A stretch of 64,000 bases of DNA. It comes from Verrucomicrobiota bacterium (GTDB lineage Bacteria; Verrucomicrobiota; Verrucomicrobiia; Limisphaerales; JAEYXS01). The stretch is from the NCBI GenBank assembly GCA_023431185.1, contig JAEYXS010000121.1, forward strand, positions 6,261-70,260, given 5' to 3'. The translations under genes were made by a program, and so were the position numbers. Below, one piece after another: positions 17,894 to 24,136 of the stretch. The notes beneath the pieces are model-generated. The model saw only the letters and a program-made list of their open reading frames with translations. It was not told where the DNA came from and searched no databases. The first letter of the stretch is position 1. Each line of letters begins with the position of its first letter.

Positions 17894-18223
17894 ATGAAAC
17901 CACAACCAGTAATCATCCGCTCACCTCCTCTCTATGGGATTTTCTTTCTCCTGCTCGCCGCATCATGCGCTTATCTATGTAAGCTTGGATTTCACACCAA
18001 AGAGTGGTGGCAAATGTGCGGGATGGCCTTCGGAACTGTTTGGTTTGGTTTCCTAGGGTGGGTTGCACTGGGCAGCGTAACTTTGCCCACCTGTTCACAT
18101 GATGATCCCGGCTTTTCTAATTCCCACAAACCGGCACGAATCAAACCCGGCCCAACTCATCATTTGCAAGGAGCCAAAGATTTACCGCCCTCAGACAAGA
18201 CCCATAGCTTGCCAAAAGATTGA
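17894..18223 (+). CDS. hypothetical membrane protein
   Basis: Two hydrophobic segments (GIFFLLLAASCAYLC and FGTVWFGFLGWVALG). A/T-richer. Flanked by the DUF2200 3' end and a relic copy of it. Confidence 0.4.
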   Translation: MKPQPVIIRSPPLYGIFFLLLAASCAYLCKLGFHTKEWWQMCGMAFGTVWFGFLGWVALGSVTLPTCSHDDPGFSNSHKPARIKPGPTHHLQGAKDLPPSDKTHSLPKD

Positions 18224-18228
18224 ACTAG

Positions 18229-18288
18229 GACGATTTGCCGCACGAACTCGCCAAAGGCAAACCCTTGGAGAAGATTCTACGAAGTTAA
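18229..18288 (+). pseudogene. relic of a second DUF2200 gene 3' end
   Basis: Positions 18241-18288 match 17801-17848 at 40 of 48 nt, both ending in TAA. The relic translates to DDLPHELAKGKPLEKILRS* versus [17 protein letters not shown]. It is preceded by an in-frame TAG. Confidence 0.7.
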
Positions 18289-18304
18289 TCAACCCACTTC
18301 CACC

Positions 18305-18652
18305 ATGACTCCGCTGACACGCATCATCTTGAGCTGGATCGCCGTGTTATTTGCCGTGACTCTGCCGATGCTTGGCCTTTTCAGACCCGGAATGTTTATT
18401 GATCCGACGATGGTTACGCCGTGGATTGCCGCTTATGTTCTACGCTACGAGATTCGCCCTGCCATTCCGCGAGGCCGCGCCCCATCCCGACGCTGGCTCA
18501 GCATCCCGCTAGGGTTGTTTGCGCTCTATGTGATACTTCCCGCCACCAATTATCTCCTGGCTGCGATGATCACTGCCACAATTTGGGCCGTGTTGGATGA
18601 CCTCAGCATTTACCGGCATCACGCTCGCTCCCGCAATACTTCACGCCCATGA
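18305..18652 (+). CDS. hypothetical membrane protein
   Basis: 115-aa ORF with 3-4 hydrophobic segments (IILSWIAVLFAVTLPMLGLF, LGLFALYVILPATNYLLAAMITATIWAV). Confidence 0.5.
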   Translation: MTPLTRIILSWIAVLFAVTLPMLGLFRPGMFIDPTMVTPWIAAYVLRYEIRPAIPRGRAPSRRWLSIPLGLFALYVILPATNYLLAAMITATIWAVLDDLSIYRHHARSRNTSRP

Positions 18653-18818
18653 GCCTCCCCGACCTCAACCTCCGAAACGCCAAACTCCTCGCCATCATCG
18701 AAGGACCCGATCCCATCAGTCTCATTCACTTCGTTACCTTCGCGCCCTTCTATTCAAAATCCCTTTCGCGTGTTTAGCGTATTTCGCGGTTTACCTCTCA
18801 CTCGGCTATCCTTTTCCC

Positions 18819-18886
18819 CATCCGTGTGATCCGTGTTTCATCAGTGGCTAGAAACTCCGAGTCCTCCGCGCCTCCGTGGTTAAATC
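18819..18886 (+). repeat. short-unit tandem module (T4)
   Basis: CATCCGTGT GATCCGTGT TTCATCAGTGG.., then TCCGAGTCCTCCGCGCCTCCGTGGTTAAATC. Immediately followed by the H2 hairpin. Confidence 0.75.
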
Positions 18887-19397
18887 ATTGGCCCGCCGGT
18901 GCAACCGGCCGCTGCTTCTTCCGAATCAACTCCGCCTCCGCCCGGATATTCTGCAGCGACAACTGCGTCGCCTGAAACAGTTTGAAACTACCCAGAATCA
19001 ATCCGCCCAAACCCACGAACCCCAGCACCAGACCGATCCCACCCAGAAAACTGAACCAGAACGCCGCCAGATAATGCGCCAGACTCGCCCCCAGCAACGT
19101 CACCAACGTCGCCGCCGCAAAAGCCCCCAGGGCCAGATAGATCGCGTGCAGCGATTGCAGCAGCAACACCGCCTGTTTCTCCACCCGGTCCACCTGCTCC
19201 ACGAGGCGCGCGGATTCCTCCTTTGAGAGCCCGCCCTTCTCCGACTCCGCGAACAACTCCTGCATACGATCCCGCGTGCGCAGCATCCGGTTGATCGTGC
19301 TCATCGCCAGCAGGCTCGTCGCATTCGTCAACAAAGCCGGTGCCGCGATGAACGTCACCACCGCAAAAGGACTGTCCGTTAATGTTCCCGTATCCAC
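18885..19397 (-). CDS. DUF2721-like membrane protein
   Basis: Layout is TM, then coiled segment (RMLRTRDRMQELF..VEQVDRVEKQ), then two TMs, as I recall for DUF2721. GTG start. The last 8 codons plus the stop lie inside the conserved 23-nt repeat. Confidence 0.6.
   Translation of the reverse strand: MDTGTLTDSPFAVVTFIAAPALLTNATSLLAMSTINRMLRTRDRMQELFAESEKGGLSKEESARLVEQVDRVEKQAVLLLQSLHAIYLALGAFAAATLVTLLGASLAHYLAAFWFSFLGGIGLVLGFVGLGGLILGSFKLFQATQLSLQNIRAEAELIRKKQRPVAPAGQ
18887..18909 (+). repeat. conserved hairpin motif H2
   Basis: ATTGGCCCGCCGGTGCAACCGGC with palindrome GCCGGT-gca-ACCGGC. Identical 23-mers lie at 23541-23563 and 52707-52729. Confidence 0.95.
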
Positions 19398-19449
19398 ACC
19401 CCCAATCTACTCAAGTTCCCCCAAACACAACAGCCTTTTACCGGACCAA

Positions 19450-19473
19450 GTAGCAGCCGACGTAAGGAGGCTC
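19450..19473 (+). repeat. GTAG-initiated 24-mer module, copy 2
   Basis: GTAGCAGCCGACGTAAGGAGGCTC. Confidence 0.85.
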
Positions 19474-19493
19474 TAACATTTACCGCGTCAAGT

Positions 19494-19524
19494 TACGTAT
19501 CACGCATCACGTATTACTTCTCCC
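19494..19524 (+). repeat. heptamer-array module (T5)
   Basis: TACGTAT CACGCAT CACGTAT TACTTCT followed by CCC. Confidence 0.8.
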
Positions 19525-19533
19525 ATTCTGTAA

Positions 19534-19552
19534 GCCCGCCGGTGCGACCGGC
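19534..19552 (+). repeat. conserved hairpin motif H3, variant
   Basis: GCCCGCCGGTGCGACCGGC has one substitution in the loop. Lies 25 nt beyond the serpin stop codon. Confidence 0.85.
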
Positions 19553-19577
19553 TCTTGTTAATCCTGTCAAAAAACTC

Positions 19578-20804
19578 TCATCTCGGATCCACCACCCGCC
19601 CCATGAACAGACAAGCCCCGCTCGCCTTGTGCTGGATTGCAAACAAAAACGGCCGGTCCACCCGTACCTCGATCGGTTTCGGTGGCTCCAAATCAATCCC
19701 TCCCATTATCACATTCTGAATCGAGACTGCGGCAGCTTCCGTTCCCTCCTCATCCACCTTAAGATAAGCCTGATGCAGCAACTTCGACAAAGCCAGATAA
19801 TCATCCCCTCGGCGGGGCGCTATGCCCTCAAAGTTTGCGGAACCCTTCGGCTCATCAAAAGCCTGCTTGATTCCAAAATCCTTCATCACCTCGCTCAAAT
19901 CATAGGTCGGGGTCGCCAGTTCGAACTTCGGCAGAAAAAGCCGGACCTCTTGCACCGGCAGACTCTGACACACAGCCAGCATCTCCTGTGTGATTCTCCT
20001 TTCCATTTCGGCCAGCCCGTCCCGGCCGTCGGGCAGCAAGATCAAGAACTGCACTTCCCTGCCGACATAAGGCATGGCCACCACACAAAACCCGTCCTCT
20101 TTTCGATAACCCAAGCTCGCCAACTGCTCCATCGTCGGCACTTCCTCGGGGATTTGGCCCCGTACATAAAATGGCGCATCATGGGTTTCCGACTTTCCGA
20201 ATTGATTCTCCCATCTCGCTTTCAAGTAAATGGCATTCACCAGCACCAACCGGGTATCCTGGTCCATTGCTTCGGGAGAGATCACGTCCCTGATTCTTCC
20301 TGCTGTCTGCTCTTCCACCCAGCCATTGATCACCTTGGCCGCTAGAGCCGGATCGCTCACGTAATCCAGCGCTTCCAACGTCGTCCCATACTTCCTGCTC
20401 AAAAGCGAAAGAAACGGCTGCCGAAATTCAAACCCTTTCTGTCCATACAACCGGTTCGCCATGCTGAGGACAAACGGCGCTTTCTCCCCTTTTCTCGACG
20501 AGTTCAAATGCTCATTCCCTTGGACTTCCACCGTCATCAATTCCAGATCGATCCGCAACGACTCAAAGGAATCGTGCAGCTCCCCTCCATCCTCCGGATA
20601 ATGCAACACCTTCTGCATCTCCGCCCACGTCTCACCTCCGGCCCCTGCATAAACCATCGCCAGCACACTTTGGATGGAATACGGCGATAACAGGGCATTC
20701 TCCCCCGGCGTCGTCGCCAGTGTGAGCAGCTCGACCCCCAGCGAATTGATTGCCTGCGCCGCCGCAGCGGTCGGCTGGTTCAACTTCTCTTGTGTAATTC
20801 CCAT
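19578..20804 (-). CDS. serpin family protein (no signal peptide seen)
   Basis: Hinge/RCL EEGTEAAAVS followed by VDRPFLFAI. Length 408 aa. Starts directly with serpin helix-A-like sequence. Confidence 0.85.
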   Translation of the reverse strand: MGITQEKLNQPTAAAAQAINSLGVELLTLATTPGENALLSPYSIQSVLAMVYAGAGGETWAEMQKVLHYPEDGGELHDSFESLRIDLELMTVEVQGNEHLNSSRKGEKAPFVLSMANRLYGQKGFEFRQPFLSLLSRKYGTTLEALDYVSDPALAAKVINGWVEEQTAGRIRDVISPEAMDQDTRLVLVNAIYLKARWENQFGKSETHDAPFYVRGQIPEEVPTMEQLASLGYRKEDGFCVVAMPYVGREVQFLILLPDGRDGLAEMERRITQEMLAVCQSLPVQEVRLFLPKFELATPTYDLSEVMKDFGIKQAFDEPKGSANFEGIAPRRGDDYLALSKLLHQAYLKVDEEGTEAAAVSIQNVIMGGIDLEPPKPIEVRVDRPFLFAIQHKASGACLFMGRVVDPR

Positions 20805-20838
20805 ATTACCTCCTCATTCTCTGAACTTCGCCCCTCCC

Positions 20839-20878
20839 CATCTGTGTTTATCTGTGTCCATCTGTGGTTAAGTTTCCC
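20839..20878 (+). repeat. decamer tandem module (T6)
   Basis: CATCTGTGTT TATCTGTGTC CATCTGTGGT TAAGTTTCCC. Contains the DUF2237 stop codon (complement of TTA at 20868-20870). Confidence 0.8.
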
Positions 20879-21236
20879 TTCCCACCGCATGCGCCTGCAA
20901 ATCCTCCCTATCCACGAACTCCAGCGCCGTCTGCTGTGTCGCCGCCAGCACCACTGGCGGGGCAAATCCCGCCTCCAAAGCCTCCTTCCACCGCTGCACG
21001 CACAAACACCAGCGATCCCCCGGCTTCAACCCCGGAAAATCATACTCTGGCCGCGGCGTGCTCAGATCATTTCCCATCATGTAAGAGAACTGCAAAAAAT
21101 CCTCCGTCATCTGCGCACACACCACATGCAGCCCTTGATCCTGCCCGCCCGTGCGACAATACCCATCCCGATAAAACCCCGTCATCGGATCGTTGCAGCA
21201 ACACTCCAGCTTCCCGCCCAAAACATTCGTCGGCAT
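20868..21236 (-). CDS. DUF2237 family protein
   Basis: NVLGGKLECCCNDPMTGFYRDGYC, GLHVVCAQMTEDFL and PGDRWCLC match my recollection of DUF2237. Start moved to Met40 (21236) because the upstream extension is encoded by a heptamer-repeat module. Confidence 0.75.
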   Translation of the reverse strand: MPTNVLGGKLECCCNDPMTGFYRDGYCRTGGQDQGLHVVCAQMTEDFLQFSYMMGNDLSTPRPEYDFPGLKPGDRWCLCVQRWKEALEAGFAPPVVLAATQQTALEFVDREDLQAHAVGRET

Positions 21237-21280
21237 ATCGCCAAGGTAAACTTGCGGATGCCCAATGTCCACGCCTTCCC

Positions 21281-21322
21281 CTTTCGATGTTGGAAGTTGG
21301 GCGTTCGATGTTCGATGTTTCC
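21281..21322 (+). repeat. heptamer-array module (T7)
   Basis: CTTT CGATGTT GGAAGTT GGGCGTT CGATGTT CGATGTT TCC. This 42-mer is identical to 23493-23534. Confidence 0.95.
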
Positions 21323-21425
21323 TCATGGTCATTGGAGCTTCGGCGTTGGTCATTTAGCCTCTTTTTCCTCACGAAATCGTATTTGACTCCCGCGCCCGTT
21401 TACCCTCCTATCTTCCCCTCTATTT

Positions 21426-22307
21426 ATGAGCGATCCGGCACAAGTATTGCGTGATTTTAAGCCCTCGAAGGAATTCTTCGTCGGCATTGATTCTGACGGC
21501 TGCATCTTTGACAGCATGGAGATCAAGCACCAGGAGTGCTTCGCCCCCATGTTCATCAAGCATTTCCACCTGCAAGCGGTCAGCAAATACGCCCGTGAGA
21601 CCTGGGCGTTTGTGAACCTCTATTCCAAGACCCGTGGGGCCAACCGCTTCCCGGCGCTCGTCCGCGCCCTGAACCTCCTCCGCGAACGTCCCCAGGTCAT
21701 CGCCCGTGGCGTCAAGATTCCTGACACCAAGGCGCTCGATGAATGGATCGCCCGCGAGACCAAGCTCGGCAATGCCACCCTCGCCGCCGAGGTGAAGAAC
21801 GGCAATCGCGGCCTCGACCAGGTCAAAGTCTGGTCCGACGCTGTGAACGACACCGTGCTGGACCTCGTCCATGGTGTGCCTCCCTTCCCCCTCGTCCGCG
21901 AGTGCCTCGCCAAGATCAATGCGAAGGCCGACGCCATGTGCATCAGCCAGACGCCCGTGGACGCCCTGCAACGCGAATGGAGCGAGCACGGCATCGAGAA
22001 ATTCGTGAAGATCATCGCCGGTCAGGAGATGGGCACGAAGACCGAGCACATCAAGTTTGCCGCGAAGGACAAATACGCCCCCACCAAGATCCTCATGATC
22101 GGTGACGCCCCGGGCGATTTCAACGCCGCCAAGAAAAACGGCGCGCTGTTCTTCCCCATCAATCCGGGCAAAGAAGAAGCCTCCTGGGAACGCCTGCACA
22201 ACGAAGCGCTCGACCGCTTCTTCGCCGGCACCTACGCGGGCGAATACGAGACCGCCTTGGTCAAGGAATTCGACGCCTGCCTGCCCGAAAATCCCTCGTG
22301 GAAGTAG
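21426..22307 (+). CDS. HAD-superfamily hydrolase
   Basis: Motif I FVGIDSDGCIFDS and motif IV MIGDAPGD. Confidence 0.8.
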   Translation: MSDPAQVLRDFKPSKEFFVGIDSDGCIFDSMEIKHQECFAPMFIKHFHLQAVSKYARETWAFVNLYSKTRGANRFPALVRALNLLRERPQVIARGVKIPDTKALDEWIARETKLGNATLAAEVKNGNRGLDQVKVWSDAVNDTVLDLVHGVPPFPLVRECLAKINAKADAMCISQTPVDALQREWSEHGIEKFVKIIAGQEMGTKTEHIKFAAKDKYAPTKILMIGDAPGDFNAAKKNGALFFPINPGKEEASWERLHNEALDRFFAGTYAGEYETALVKEFDACLPENPSWK

Positions 22308-22334
22308 TACCGGCCTGAGGCCATATTAGTTGTC

Positions 22335-23402
22335 ATGCAGCCGATCAACAACCTGCACGTTCAGGAAACCAAACGCTTGCTGTCGCCCAACGAGCTCAAA
22401 CGCCAGTTGCCGCTCAGCCCGCGTGCCGAGCAGACCGTCATCAAAGGTCGCGAAGCCGTCCGCGCCATCTTACGTGGCGAAGACCCGCGCTTGCTGGTCA
22501 TCCTCGGCCCCTGCTCCATTCACGATCCCGAAGCGGCGCTCGACTATGCCCGCCGCCTCGTGAAATTGCAGGAAGAGTTGAGTGACCGCCTGTGCATCGT
22601 GATGCGCGTCTATTTCGAGAAACCGCGCACCACCATCGGCTGGAAAGGTCTGATCAATGATCCGCACCTGAACGGCACATATGACATCGAGGCTGGCCTG
22701 AAAGTCGGTCGCAAACTCCTCCTGCAGATCAACGAACTCGGCCTGCCCGCTGCGACTGAGTTCCTCGATCCCATCGTGCCGCAATATCTCGCCGAGCTCA
22801 TCAGCTGGGCCGCGATCGGTGCGCGCACCACGGAATCCCAGACGCATCGCGAGATGGCCAGCGGCCTCTCCATGCCCGTCGGCTTCAAGAACGGCACGGA
22901 TGGCAGCCTGCAAACCGCCATCGACGCCATGACCGCTGCCCGCAGCGCTCACAGCTTCCTCGGCATCGATCCGGACGGCTTCACCAGCATCATCTCCACC
23001 ACCGGCAATCCCGATGGTCACGTGGTGCTGCGCGGTGGCCGTGTCCGCACGAACTACGATGCCCAAAGCATCGAAGAAGCCGTCACCGCGCTGAACAAGG
23101 CCAAGCTCCCGCCTCGCTTGATGGTGGATTGCAGCCACGCGAACTCCGGCAAGCAACACGCAAAGCAGGAAGAAGTCTGGAACAGCGTCATCGCTCAGCG
23201 CGCTGCGGGCAATCAATACATCACTGGCGTGATGGTCGAGAGCTTCCTGAGCGAAGGCAGCCAGGCCCTCAAGGCTCCGGCCGAGCTGAAATACGGCGTC
23301 TCCATCACCGATGCCTGCATCGACTGGACCACCACCGAGCGCATCCTCCGCACCGGCCACGAAGGCCTCGCGAAACTGACCGCTCAAGCCGCCGTGGCGT
23401 AA
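22335..23402 (+). CDS. aroG: 3-deoxy-7-phosphoheptulonate (DAHP) synthase, class I
   Basis: 355 aa. [26 protein letters not shown] and DCSHANS, characteristic of AroF/G/H. Which isozyme cannot be determined. Confidence 0.9.
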   Translation: MQPINNLHVQETKRLLSPNELKRQLPLSPRAEQTVIKGREAVRAILRGEDPRLLVILGPCSIHDPEAALDYARRLVKLQEELSDRLCIVMRVYFEKPRTTIGWKGLINDPHLNGTYDIEAGLKVGRKLLLQINELGLPAATEFLDPIVPQYLAELISWAAIGARTTESQTHREMASGLSMPVGFKNGTDGSLQTAIDAMTAARSAHSFLGIDPDGFTSIISTTGNPDGHVVLRGGRVRTNYDAQSIEEAVTALNKAKLPPRLMVDCSHANSGKQHAKQEEVWNSVIAQRAAGNQYITGVMVESFLSEGSQALKAPAELKYGVSITDACIDWTTTERILRTGHEGLAKLTAQAAVA

Positions 23403-23431
23403 AGCTCACGGCTCGTCATCTTTAAAAAACA

Positions 23432-23457
23432 GGCCGTACAAACGTGCGGCCTTTTTC
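23432..23457 (+). terminator. intrinsic terminator after the DAHP synthase gene
   Basis: GGCCGTAC-aaac-GTGCGGCC gives an 8-bp stem with one G-U pair, followed by TTTTT. Confidence 0.7.
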
Positions 23458-23492
23458 TTCCCCCCTTTCTCCCCCTCTCACTTTCTTCCCCG

Positions 23493-23534
23493 CTTTCGAT
23501 GTTGGAAGTTGGGCGTTCGATGTTCGATGTTTCC
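23493..23534 (+). repeat. heptamer-array module (T8), identical to T7
   Basis: Same 42-mer, followed by CCCGAT and then hairpin H4. Confidence 0.95.
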
Positions 23535-23540
23535 CCCGAT

Positions 23541-23563
23541 ATTGGCCCGCCGGTGCAACCGGC
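23541..23563 (+). repeat. conserved hairpin motif H4
   Basis: ATTGGCCCGCCGGTGCAACCGGC. Directly abuts the stop codon (23564-23566) of the minus-strand gene. Confidence 0.95.
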
Positions 23564-24127
23564 TCACCCCCACGTCGGCCACGGCTTCGTCACCTTATAC
23601 GCCTGCCGCTGAAACTCATCCGCCAGCACCGGATACGCCAGGATCAGACACGTCTTCAAAAAACCTTCTTTATCCAGTTCAAACTGCCACTCCGCCCCTT
23701 CCACCTCGTAGAACAGGATGATCTCATCCTTCCCTTCATCCCGCCAATACTCGTCATCAAAGACGGACTCGATCTCCTTCTCCGTCGTATCGCCATCCAG
23801 AGCAACTGCTTTGCCTTTAAAGACGAATGAACCCTGGAATGGCTGAAAACCTTGCCGCAGATAGTCATTCCAGACAAAGCTGTAGCTGCTCACCGTCCCT
23901 TTATATAAGTCCGCGCTGAACCCGCGCGAAAGATAGACGAGTGAATCCTCCACCCTCCGCCGCTTCATCTCGGGTTGACCGAAGATCTGCAACTCTGCCC
24001 ACGGCGCATGCAGCCCTACGCCATTGAATGTGTTCTTGTCGAAATCAAACACCAGCTTCTGCCCGCCGACCAACGGCCATTGTGCCGCCGGGTCTTTGTA
24101 GCCGAAGATGGTTTGCAGCAGGCCCAC
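23564..24127 (-). CDS. hypothetical protein
   Basis: 187-aa ORF ending ..KPWPTWG*. The stop codon abuts the conserved 23-nt repeat. No family recognised. Confidence 0.55.
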   Translation of the reverse strand: MGLLQTIFGYKDPAAQWPLVGGQKLVFDFDKNTFNGVGLHAPWAELQIFGQPEMKRRRVEDSLVYLSRGFSADLYKGTVSSYSFVWNDYLRQGFQPFQGSFVFKGKAVALDGDTTEKEIESVFDDEYWRDEGKDEIILFYEVEGAEWQFELDKEGFLKTCLILAYPVLADEFQRQAYKVTKPWPTWG

Positions 24128-24136
24128 GCGATGTCT

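Noticed and set aside
15469-18652. Possibility that the small same-strand genes are integron cassettes with attC sites
   Set aside because: The inter-gene repeats lack the RYYYAAC...GTTRRRY attC ends. Several genes overlap or abut with no intervening site. No intI-like integrase is present in the window.
14954-23563. Possibility that the tandem short repeats form a CRISPR array
   Set aside because: The units are 7-10 nt and directly adjacent, with no unique spacers. There are no 24-48-nt repeats at regular spacing, and no cas genes in the window.
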